DNA from: a virus
Reading direction: 5' to 3' (one strand)
Virus record (IMG/VR): IMGVR_UViG_3300023179_000042
Location: 1 to 64,000 of that record
DNA length: 64,000 nt
Part shown: piece after piece, positions 45,930 to 54,796 of the stretch
Numbering within the stretch: position 1 is the stretch's first letter
How the letters are laid out: each line of letters opens with the position of its first letter
Program-made: the position numbers and the translations under genes
Notes under the pieces: generated by a model
What the model was told of the DNA's origin: nothing
The model's database searches: none
Seen by the model: only the letters and a program-made list of their open reading frames with translations

Positions 45930-47694
45930 TATCGTTACTATAATTGGTAAAACCGTTTTCTTTTATAACTTTCAATACATTGTTAACACGGCCAACCAAT
46001 TCGTCCTTGTGCGATATTAAGTATATATTCTTATGTCGTTCTCTGGCCATTTTCTTTAGGACCGCAAGCCCTGCTTCGACACCAGCAGCATCCATTCCGG
46101 AGTCCATAAGCTCATCAACAAACAACAAATTAATACTTTGGTAAAGTCCTTCCCAAACATCTCTAAAGGCAAAACTTAGACTTAGTATTAATCTGTTTCT
46201 CTCACCTCTTGACAAATTGTCAAAATCTAAATCTTGTCCAAGTTGTGTGATTTCAACATTTAAGTCGTTTTGGAAAACAACTCTATGCGGTAGTCCGAGC
46301 TTGTCAATGTAGTATCCAAGTCGCTTGTTTAAATAGGTTAAATTTTGATCAATAATTTTCTTACGAATAAAGCTATCTTTATTGGTTAAAAGTTTGTGTA
46401 AAAATTCTTGATGATCTTTTAGTTTGGTAAGTTCGTTAACAGTATCCCAACTGATTTCTTGAATAGCTGTAGTCTTAAGTTCATCAATTTGTTCATTAAA
46501 GGGATTTTTTTCTTCTGCTTTAGATATTAGAGTTTTTTCCAAATTTTCTAAATTGTTCTTGTGCCCTAGTGCTTCGGCTTCTGTATCGTAGTAGGTGTTA
46601 GGACGAGCAGGCATATCACCACTACCGATTTCGTCAACAATCTTTTTAAGATCCGAGGTTACTTTATTGAAATATGTTTCAGCCTCGAGCAAGTTTTTAA
46701 CGGCCGTTCCTGACATTTCTTCGTGCTTATGATCGTGTAATGCTTGCTCGCAGGCAGGGCATGTTTTATTTTTTAATTGGTCAACTTCTCGCATGTACTT
46801 GTCGCGGGTTTTTTGAGCCTGCGTAGCTGCGCTTTCTAATGTAGCTTTTTGTTTGTTGAGGCTTCGGGTCTTGTTGTCGTATTCAAGCCAGGCTTTTAAA
46901 TCTAGATGTGCCTGGAGTTCTGCTTCTATATCAACATTTTCTAAATTAACAATAGCACGACCGAGATTTTCTAATTCTTGTTGATGTTTTTGATCCCAGG
47001 CATTACTTTTTAATTGAAGACTATCAATACTTCGTTGAATATTATCATTAGCAGTTTTAATACCTTGTATTTTGAAATCTTCTTGGCTAATAAGATCTTT
47101 AGTTTCTTTAATTAGAACCTTAAGGTTTTCTGCCTTTTCACTTAGTAAGGTAATACCAAGAAGCTGTTCAATGATTTCTCGCTGATCAGCAGCCCTCATT
47201 GACAAAAAAGGCTCAGTGTAAGTATTAAGGGCTACAAGGTGCTTGAACATAGTATGTGTCATTTCGAGCATTTGTTCAATACTTTTTTGTGTTTCTCGAC
47301 TGTCGCCCTGGCTATCATCCTCTTCTTTGCTATCTTTTAACTGCTGATTATTAACGAATAACTTAAGAATATTGGGTTTACGACCACGCTCAATACGATA
47401 GATATTATTATTTTTTTCAAACTCAACGGTGACTAACATGTGCTTCCCGTTAATCTTGTTGATAAGATTTTCTTTTTTAATATTGGTTAAGGCCTGCCCA
47501 TATAGGGCGTAGCTTAGTGCGTTGGCAATGGTAGTCTTACCGGTGCCGTTTCTGCTACCTGTATCGTCGCCACCGAGATCGAGGTTAGCACCAAGAACCA
47601 GCGTTAAATGTGAGCGGTCAAAATCTACAGCCTGAGTTTGGTTGCCTACGCTCAAAAAGTTTTTTACGGTTAATGTCTTTATTTTAAACATCAA
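45916..47694 (-). CDS. gp46: Recombination endonuclease ATPase subunit (gp46 / Rad50 / SbcC-like)
   Basis: Walker A NGTGKTT, zinc hook CPAC, ABC signature LSRGE, Walker B LLFVDE and the ISH switch. Confidence 0.95.
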   Translation of the reverse strand: MMFKIKTLTVKNFLSVGNQTQAVDFDRSHLTLVLGANLDLGGDDTGSRNGTGKTTIANALSYALYGQALTNIKKENLINKINGKHMLVTVEFEKNNNIYRIERGRKPNILKLFVNNQQLKDSKEEDDSQGDSRETQKSIEQMLEMTHTMFKHLVALNTYTEPFLSMRAADQREIIEQLLGITLLSEKAENLKVLIKETKDLISQEDFKIQGIKTANDNIQRSIDSLQLKSNAWDQKHQQELENLGRAIVNLENVDIEAELQAHLDLKAWLEYDNKTRSLNKQKATLESAATQAQKTRDKYMREVDQLKNKTCPACEQALHDHKHEEMSGTAVKNLLEAETYFNKVTSDLKKIVDEIGSGDMPARPNTYYDTEAEALGHKNNLENLEKTLISKAEEKNPFNEQIDELKTTAIQEISWDTVNELTKLKDHQEFLHKLLTNKDSFIRKKIIDQNLTYLNKRLGYYIDKLGLPHRVVFQNDLNVEITQLGQDLDFDNLSRGERNRLILSLSFAFRDVWEGLYQSINLLFVDELMDSGMDAAGVEAGLAVLKKMARERHKNIYLISHKDELVGRVNNVLKVIKENGFTNYSNDIDYV

Positions 47695-48704
47695 ATATTT
47701 CTATAAATGTCAAGAAGTATATTTTTTTCAAATTGTTCTGATTCAATGTTAACTAATTGTTCACTTACAATTTGATCTACACTTTCAAATTTTTGATCAG
47801 GATTGTCTTCAACAATTCCTTCGAGATTGATTTTATCTTGTATAAGACTAATTTCTCTGATGTCAAAGCGACCAGTGAAGTCTTCTTTGATAAAATTGGC
47901 TTCTTCGAAGCTAATATCAATATCGAGATTAACTTTTAAGTGCATTTTACTTTTCATTACTTCAGCTTCTCGATCGATTAAGTCGGAAAGTTTTATTGTT
48001 CTGTATTTTGGACAGTTATCCCAATCGATAAATCTTGGCTTTCCGCCCCATTCCATTACCATCATTCCGCGCTGATCGTCCCAGGTATCGGCAAAATTAT
48101 GCGGAAAGGCATTGCCGATGTACCAAACACGCCCTTTATTTTGGCGCTTGTGAAAATGCCCGCTAAAGATATATTCTTGATTGGTAAAGTGATCTGCTTG
48201 AAGCTCGCCGTGGTCGGGCATTTGTACCATAGCATTCATCATGAACTGTGGTAGTTCAAAATGTCCAAACATGTACTTACTGTTTATCTTGCCAATTTCT
48301 TTCCATTCGTCACCTACCAACCACGGTACTAAAGCCACATCGTCTATGACGGTAACATCTTCGACTACAGTGACGCCTGGGATATGCCTACCAAAAATAC
48401 TAGAATGGATATCGCGCTTGTCCTTAAAAAACAAATCGTGATTACCAGGAAACCAGAAAAACTGGTTAAATGCAGCTCCGAGCTTTTCAAGGCACCTAAT
48501 GCTTGAATCAAGAGTTACAAGATTTAGGCTATTGCGATTGTGGCTCCAATCGCCTAAAAATATGCCTGTGTCACAATTTTCTTTTTGTGCCTGCTCAATA
48601 AACCAATCTACAAACTCTTCGCAGTCTTTCAAGTGTGTAGCTGAGTTTCCTTTGAGTCCAAAATGTATGTCAGTAAAACAAGCAACCTTTTTAAACAAGG
48701 CCAT
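47691..48704 (-). CDS. gp47: Recombination endonuclease nuclease subunit (gp47 / Mre11 / SbcD-like)
   Basis: Metallophosphoesterase motifs DIHFG, FLGD, GNHD, GHFE and SGHFH. The likely start is MALFKK at 48704, with SD aggag. Confidence 0.95.
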   Translation of the reverse strand: MALFKKVACFTDIHFGLKGNSATHLKDCEEFVDWFIEQAQKENCDTGIFLGDWSHNRNSLNLVTLDSSIRCLEKLGAAFNQFFWFPGNHDLFFKDKRDIHSSIFGRHIPGVTVVEDVTVIDDVALVPWLVGDEWKEIGKINSKYMFGHFELPQFMMNAMVQMPDHGELQADHFTNQEYIFSGHFHKRQNKGRVWYIGNAFPHNFADTWDDQRGMMVMEWGGKPRFIDWDNCPKYRTIKLSDLIDREAEVMKSKMHLKVNLDIDISFEEANFIKEDFTGRFDIREISLIQDKINLEGIVEDNPDQKFESVDQIVSEQLVNIESEQFEKNILLDIYRNI

Positions 48705-48723
48705 ATAATATTCTCCTGTCAAG

Positions 48724-48753
48724 AGTGTAACAGATTATATACTTGACAGTCAA
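48724..48753 (-). promoter_or_regulatory. Putative sigma70-type promoter for gp47-gp46
   Basis: Minus strand TTGACT-18 nt-TACACT with an extended -10 TGn, overlapped by inverted repeats. Confidence 0.45.
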
Positions 48754-49670
48754 GTTTCTTCGGCCTCTTCTTCGCCGGATTCGATTTCGTCAGGCGTATC
48801 TTCAGACTTAGGCATTCTAAAGTTTTTGTATAGTTCGGCTTGTCTAGCAGTCTCTTCTGCGTACTCTTGTTGATTTTGTCTAGTAAGACTTGGCGTTAAT
48901 CCATTCTGCTCTAGCAAGTCATCTCTAATATTTTGACTTTTCTTTTCGACATTTAGAATGCGAGTAAAGCTGTTTGTGACTGCCGCAGTATAATAGGCAA
49001 ATGGATTATCTGACTTTGATTCGTCAAACTGTAGACCAATTTGACTTAATTGTAGTATTGCCTGCCCCTTCATCTCGTCGATATAGGTATAACCACGCCA
49101 GTTACTACGCTGAGCATAACGCTCACTTAACTTGATAAACATCTTACCTAAGTTTTCAGTAATGCGACCGTGATCCTTGCTAAACTTACCAGTCTTAATT
49201 CCGCCCTGCCAATGACTTTTACCTACACAGACTAATTCATTGGTTTCATTAAACTTCCAATGTTGAAATGGGGGAAAATTAACTCTGTCATGTGCGTCAG
49301 AAGTACTTTTAACAGTTTTCTTTCTACCAGGAGCAGCCGGTATATGATCAAATGTCATTATACGAATGACAATATCAGTTTTAGCAATTGTTTTGTAATC
49401 TGGCGTAACATCGAGCAATTTTGTTTTTTTATCGCCCGTGGCTCTTGCTTGAGCAAAGGCTTCGAGCCCTATTCTCTTAGCACGATTACGCTTTGCCTCT
49501 GCTATTGTTCTTATGTTGATTTTATCTAGGTTAGGAAGAATAATATCGTATTGATGATATTCTGCTTTAACAAAGCTCGAAAATGAACATTTGCTACGAT
49601 GTATTTCTGTTAGCAGGTCTTTATTGTTTAGATATTTTACTTTTCTTGGTGCTGGAAGCAAGGTGGTCAT
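48750..49670 (-). CDS. gp55: Late-transcription sigma factor (gp55-like), 306 aa
   Basis: YLNNKDLL, LGKMFIKLSERYAQRSNWRGYTYIDEM and FDESKSDNPFAYYT motifs. The gp55-gp47-gp46 order matches T4-like phages. Confidence 0.9.
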   Translation of the reverse strand: MTTLLPAPRKVKYLNNKDLLTEIHRSKCSFSSFVKAEYHQYDIILPNLDKINIRTIAEAKRNRAKRIGLEAFAQARATGDKKTKLLDVTPDYKTIAKTDIVIRIMTFDHIPAAPGRKKTVKSTSDAHDRVNFPPFQHWKFNETNELVCVGKSHWQGGIKTGKFSKDHGRITENLGKMFIKLSERYAQRSNWRGYTYIDEMKGQAILQLSQIGLQFDESKSDNPFAYYTAAVTNSFTRILNVEKKSQNIRDDLLEQNGLTPSLTRQNQQEYAEETARQAELYKNFRMPKSEDTPDEIESGEEEAEET

Positions 49671-49698
49671 ATTATTGTGGTTATTCCTTTTTGTTGTT

Positions 49699-49726
49699 AT
49701 TTTACAACAAATGTAGCGTTTGTCAA
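49699..49726 (-). promoter_or_regulatory. Putative sigma70-type (early/middle) promoter for gp55
   Basis: Minus strand TTGACA-16 nt-TAAAAT, about 30 nt upstream of the gp55 ATG. Confidence 0.55.
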
Positions 49727-49758
49727 CCGAAGATATTAAACTAGTAGTTTATTTATTG

Positions 49759-49766
49759 GTTAAATA
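49759..49766 (+). promoter_or_regulatory. T4-type late promoter variant (GTTAAATA)
   Basis: At the start of the baseplate operon. Confidence 0.6.
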
Positions 49767-49784
49767 CGGATATAGGATATTAAA

Positions 49785-50903
49785 ATGGCCGATGACGCAC
49801 TACTAGAAAGTTTACAACAACAGAAAGACGACCTCACGCAACAGGCGCAAACTCAGATTGGAAATTATTTAGATGCCAAGAGTAACCTCTCGTCAATTTT
49901 AAATAGTAACGGCTCTGAGGAAGAAATTGCCAGTGCTGATCAGGCAGTAGCTGATGCTAAAGCCTTGGTTGATGAAACTAAAGATCAGATCAAACAAGTA
50001 GATCAACAAATTGCCACGACTACAGATCCTCCTGTAACAAATTTATCAGAATCTGAAGTTGAAGCAGCCTTACGGCAGCAAACCAGCGAAGTAGTTGGTG
50101 ATAATCAATTGCCATCACTGGGATCATTAGCCAACGGCGCTATAAATGCCGTAAAATCGGCTGTAGGCGGTGCACTTGGAGGTGCTGCTGGATTGTTTGG
50201 CAAAGTGTTGTTTGGTGCCATTAAACCAAATGTCAATCCAGGTGCTGTAAATTTTTACAATGTAAACGGCGATTTAATTCAAAAAGATACCAGGGTTAAA
50301 ATACAAGTACCAGATCAATACTGGTCAGATATAACTGCTGGTCCTTTTGATGAACTGGTGCTTAATAAAGGTATTATATTCCCCTACACTCCGGCTATAA
50401 GCTATGAAAACAAGGCTGAGTATACACCGGTAAACCCTGTACACAGTAATTTTACACAATATTTTTATAAAAACAGTTCAGTAAGTCCTATAAGAATTTC
50501 AGGAAAGTTTACCGTTCAAAACGATCGAGATGCTGCAGTATACCTGTCAACTGTTCATCTATTAAAAGCTCTTACTAAAATGCGTTCTGGAGGATTAAAG
50601 GTAGACGCTTTAAGCGGAAGTCCACCGCCGGTCTGTAGATTGTTTGCCTATGGCCTGTTAATGATAGAAAATGTTCCAATAGTAATTAATTCATTTCAGC
50701 TTGAGTTGCCAGACAATGTTGATTATTATACATTAGGAAAGTCGTCAGGATCTGCTTATTCAATTTACGAAACTAACGCTGTACCTATTATTTCGACAAT
50801 TACCTTAAATTGCTATCCAATTTATAGTAGGAACGAAATGCAAAAATTTAATGTTAAAGATTTTGTAGGCAGCACAAATTCACGCAAGTCAGGATATCTA
50901 TAA
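49785..50903 (+). CDS. Baseplate tail-tube initiator/cap-like protein (gp48/gp54-like) with an N-terminal coiled coil
   Basis: GIIFPYTPAISY...YTPVNPVHSNF...ISGKFTVQN...SPPPVCRLFAYG is a tube-fold motif. It is the first gene of the baseplate operon. Confidence 0.65.
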   Translation: MADDALLESLQQQKDDLTQQAQTQIGNYLDAKSNLSSILNSNGSEEEIASADQAVADAKALVDETKDQIKQVDQQIATTTDPPVTNLSESEVEAALRQQTSEVVGDNQLPSLGSLANGAINAVKSAVGGALGGAAGLFGKVLFGAIKPNVNPGAVNFYNVNGDLIQKDTRVKIQVPDQYWSDITAGPFDELVLNKGIIFPYTPAISYENKAEYTPVNPVHSNFTQYFYKNSSVSPIRISGKFTVQNDRDAAVYLSTVHLLKALTKMRSGGLKVDALSGSPPPVCRLFAYGLLMIENVPIVINSFQLELPDNVDYYTLGKSSGSAYSIYETNAVPIISTITLNCYPIYSRNEMQKFNVKDFVGSTNSRKSGYL

Positions 50904-50904
50904 A

Positions 50905-51204
50905 ATGTCAGCGTATTCAAAAAATAGTCCTTATTTTACTACAGACCAATCTAAAGGGTATCTAGATGTAATCACCTTTAGGGATTTTCCTGGTGAGGAT
51001 GATGATATACTGTTTACATTAACTAAAAATTATGAATACAGGCCCGACCTCTTGGCCTACGACTTATATGGTGATGTAGGGTTGTGGTGGGTATTTTCTG
51101 TAAGGAACAAGGGGTTTATAAAAGATCCGATCTTTGATATGAAAAATGGTATTCAACTATATTTGCCTAAGCTAACAACAATAAAATCTGCCTTAGGAAT
51201 TTAA
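50905..51204 (+). CDS. gp53: Baseplate wedge protein (gp53-like, LysM-like)
   Basis: YEYRPDLLAYDLYGDVGLWWVF motif. Confidence 0.8.
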   Translation: MSAYSKNSPYFTTDQSKGYLDVITFRDFPGEDDDILFTLTKNYEYRPDLLAYDLYGDVGLWWVFSVRNKGFIKDPIFDMKNGIQLYLPKLTTIKSALGI

Positions 51205-51205
51205 A

Positions 51206-54200
51206 ATGCCTAATCTAACTCCGCAACAGATCGAACGAATAAGTGCAGCAACAGCCAATGTAACAACTGGTTCAACTGTGGCCAATTATGCTCAAAAGCC
51301 TGTTGTTTTAGGTAGCAATCAATCTAATGTGTTAAATGGATATCGATCGTATACCTATGTTTTTACTATGGCGGCTCTAAAGCCAAAGTATCTACAGGAT
51401 CCAAATCTTCTAAGAGAAAGCGAGCTTGAGCTGGTAATATTAAGAAGTGGTGGCAAGGGCACAGCAGGAATTTCTACCTCCGATAATCAACAAGGCATAT
51501 CTGATGCTCAGAAAAATTACGATGCTGAAGCAACAAATCAATCTGCTACAACAGAATCTATTGCCAGGGCAAAAACAAAATTAGATAACGCAAAAAAGAT
51601 TTTTAATCAGGCCTCTAGCGTTATTCCGGGATTCAATAAGTCAAGCCCTGGACGATTTGATATGTTTATTTCAAATGTTGAAATTGACTCCATTTTTGGT
51701 TTTACAGAGCAGTCTTCAGTTTCTTTGCCTAATAACTTTAGATTTGAAGTAACAGAGCCATACAGTATCAATGGTTTTTTAGAAGCACTACATACTGCAG
51801 CTATTGCCGCCGGCTATCCGAGCTATACTCAAGCGGTGTTTCTGTTAAAGGTTGAATTTATCGGGTATCCTGACAATAAGGATATTTCAGAGCCTGAATA
51901 TATTCCTAATACAGAAAGATATTTTCCTTTTAGATTTTCTGGCGTAGATGTTGAAATTACAGAAAAAGGCACAGTGTATAGATGTACCGGCACACCCTTT
52001 AACGAGAGAGCTGCTTTTGGACATTCGGGCAAATTAAAAAAACCTGTTAATATGGTAGGATCGACTGTAGGTGAAATACTCAAAGACCTTATGGTTAAGT
52101 TAACAGAACAACAAAAGGTAGCAGATCAAGAGTCAAAAGAAAATACAGCTAGCTCGAATAGACACGATACTTTTGAAATTAAATTTCCTATCTGGGGTCC
52201 AAATGGTTGGGATTTTTCTCAGGAAAACGAAATAGCTAAAACTAATCTTATAGATCAATTAAAAGACCCGGCAATTTATAAATTTGATAATCCTGCTAGT
52301 ACCAATAAACCGACAGCGTATCAACCAAGAGGACAAAAAAATCCAACACCACAGCAACAGGCAAAAAATCCAGAATCTTCAAAATATACTCCAGGATCAG
52401 GGACTAGTAAACCTCAAATACAATTTAATGAAAATGCTACAGTTGTTAACATTATAGCTGCCATTATAAGAGACAGTAATTATACAAAAGATCTGCTTGA
52501 ACATCTAGAACAAAAAGTTGATCAGTACGGCTATGTTGATTATTTTTTAGTTACGGCGCAGGCTACCTATAGCGATGTTTTTGATACTGTTACTAGACGA
52601 AATTATCAAAATATAACTTATATAGTTACACCATATAAAGTACATTATAAAAGAATTCCTGGGTACGGTGCTATTCCAATATCAGAAGCAAAACTAAAAT
52701 TGTTAGCTCTTAGAGAATATAATTATGTATACACAGGAAAAAATACCGATGTATTAAATTTCAAATTAAATTTTAATAATTTATTTTTTGAAGCTGTGCC
52801 GTTGGCACAAGGTAACACTGATCAACCTAATAAAAAATACGGCATCGGACCTGCCGGAACACTGGATGTAAAAGTGTCAGGAGATAACAAACAGGCTATT
52901 GTTAACAGTGAATTAGGCACTCCACCGGTGTATGTTGAAACGGATGCGTCAGCAGTACAACCTGATGGCGGCATGGGCAATAGAAGACAAGACGATCCGT
53001 ATGCTGCTCTGGCACGATCTATGCACAAGGCAATTGTTGATTCTAATTCCAGTATGCTAACCGGCGATATAGAAATTATAGGTGATCCCCTTTATTTGGT
53101 AACTGGTGGTATAGGAAATTATAATCCTGCTCCTGGAGCTAATTTTAGTCTAACTAAAAATGGAGAGGCAAATCATACCTATAGAGAAATTGTAATAGCA
53201 ATTAACTTTAGAAATCCGGTTGATGTTGGCGCAGACGGTTTTATTGAATTTGATCCAAACAGAGTGGCCTGGAGCGGCGTGTATAGGGTAACACAGGTCA
53301 AGCACACCTTTAATGATGGTATTTTTAAACAAAGTCTTAAGTTAATTAGGATTCCAGGTCAGGTTCTTGGGGAAGAAAAAACAGCAGAATCTATTGCTGC
53401 CAAATATAAACTTAAACCAAAAATTTCAGACATAGAAACTCCACAAACAACTGTAGGTGTTGATGCTGGAAGACCTACTGCGGTGAATTTATTTTCACAA
53501 TTACAAAGAGGATTACCTAGTTTAGGGTTGCCAGGGGCATTAAGTAATTTTACAGGAGCAGTAGGCGGCCTTGGAGGAACAGTGTCAGGTCTACTTAATC
53601 AGGTAAGCGGCGCTGTTACAAGTGGCATAGGTAAATTAACATCAGCCGCCGGTGCTTTTGGCGGCGCGATTCCTGGTGGAGTTGATCAGTTAGCATCGGG
53701 TATACGACTACAGGCATCGGGTCTTGTTAATTTTGCCCAGCAAAATTTAGGAATTGCTGCTGTTGTGAATCAGGTAGCTAATACTGTTGAAACAAATTTT
53801 CCTGTTACACAGGCCGCTGCTCAATTAGCAAGCGGCATTGTTTCAAAAGCTAGTTCAATTGTGAATAGTGTTGCTGTTCCTGGGTCGGGAATTGGCGCAG
53901 GAGCATCTGTATTAATCGACGCCGCTGCATCTGTTGTGCCTAGTACTAACGGAACAATTACTGCTCAGGATATAAAACTATCTCCTGCCCAGTTACCTAC
54001 TAGCATTTCGGCATTAGGCACAGCCGCTCAAGATCTTGCCGGAACTCAAATAGCAAATGTTGCAGCACTTGGATCTCAAGCAGCTTCTCTTGCCGGTGGT
54101 ATCGGCTCAAAACTTTCTGGATTGATAAGCGGAAGTAGTACGGATCCTACAGGGTTGGCCAGCGGACTAGGTATTAATGTATCGTCACTTTCGGGATTAA

Positions 54201-54790
54201 GTGCCGGACTTCAAAGTAAGGTGCTAGGCGAGGTTGGTAATATTGCTAAAAGTATTCCAACCAATGTTGACCTAGGACAGGCAGTATCACAGGGACTAGT
54301 ACTAGATTTTATTAGCAAAGATAAATTTGCTAATATTCCTGCTACCGCACCTTTTATTAAAGCTCCTAATGCTGAAATTAGTGTAACAGATTTAAAAACA
54401 ATTGCCTCAGCAGGTCCGGCCGCATTGGCAAGATCATTTGGAGTATCTGATATAAGTAAAGTTTCGTCGAGCCTGTTGCCCGATGATTCGGGATCTCTAT
54501 TGTCTGCTGGTCTGTCTTCACTGAATGCTGGATTAAAAAATCCTTTTACTGGATTGTCTACAAATTTAAATTCAACAGATGTATCTGCTTTTAAAGATAA
54601 ATTAGGATCGGCAGCAAGTCAGTTGTCAGGATTAACCGGTAAAGCAGGCTCAGTTGAAGGTAATTTAAGTTCACTATACTCATTAGCAGGCGGCAGCAGT
54701 GATCAACTTAATTTAGCAAAAAGTGTTACATCTAATTTTGGAAGTTTATCAAGTGATAGTAGTCCTTTAAAAAAGTTATTTGGTGGATAA
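51206..54790 (+). CDS. Baseplate hub-like protein (gp27-like position), 1194 aa, with a Gly/Ala/Ser-rich C-terminal extension
   Basis: Lies between gp53 and gp5. DIEIIGDP and SGVYRVTQVKHTFNDGIFKQSLKLIR are typical of hub proteins. Confidence 0.6.
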   Translation: MPNLTPQQIERISAATANVTTGSTVANYAQKPVVLGSNQSNVLNGYRSYTYVFTMAALKPKYLQDPNLLRESELELVILRSGGKGTAGISTSDNQQGISDAQKNYDAEATNQSATTESIARAKTKLDNAKKIFNQASSVIPGFNKSSPGRFDMFISNVEIDSIFGFTEQSSVSLPNNFRFEVTEPYSINGFLEALHTAAIAAGYPSYTQAVFLLKVEFIGYPDNKDISEPEYIPNTERYFPFRFSGVDVEITEKGTVYRCTGTPFNERAAFGHSGKLKKPVNMVGSTVGEILKDLMVKLTEQQKVADQESKENTASSNRHDTFEIKFPIWGPNGWDFSQENEIAKTNLIDQLKDPAIYKFDNPASTNKPTAYQPRGQKNPTPQQQAKNPESSKYTPGSGTSKPQIQFNENATVVNIIAAIIRDSNYTKDLLEHLEQKVDQYGYVDYFLVTAQATYSDVFDTVTRRNYQNITYIVTPYKVHYKRIPGYGAIPISEAKLKLLALREYNYVYTGKNTDVLNFKLNFNNLFFEAVPLAQGNTDQPNKKYGIGPAGTLDVKVSGDNKQAIVNSELGTPPVYVETDASAVQPDGGMGNRRQDDPYAALARSMHKAIVDSNSSMLTGDIEIIGDPLYLVTGGIGNYNPAPGANFSLTKNGEANHTYREIVIAINFRNPVDVGADGFIEFDPNRVAWSGVYRVTQVKHTFNDGIFKQSLKLIRIPGQVLGEEKTAESIAAKYKLKPKISDIETPQTTVGVDAGRPTAVNLFSQLQRGLPSLGLPGALSNFTGAVGGLGGTVSGLLNQVSGAVTSGIGKLTSAAGAFGGAIPGGVDQLASGIRLQASGLVNFAQQNLGIAAVVNQVANTVETNFPVTQAAAQLASGIVSKASSIVNSVAVPGSGIGAGASVLIDAAASVVPSTNGTITAQDIKLSPAQLPTSISALGTAAQDLAGTQIANVAALGSQAASLAGGIGSKLSGLISGSSTDPTGLASGLGINVSSLSGLSAGLQSKVLGEVGNIAKSIPTNVDLGQAVSQGLVLDFISKDKFANIPATAPFIKAPNAEISVTDLKTIASAGPAALARSFGVSDISKVSSSLLPDDSGSLLSAGLSSLNAGLKNPFTGLSTNLNSTDVSAFKDKLGSAASQLSGLTGKAGSVEGNLSSLYSLAGGSSDQLNLAKSVTSNFGSLSSDSSPLKKLFGG

Positions 54791-54796
54791 TGTAAT

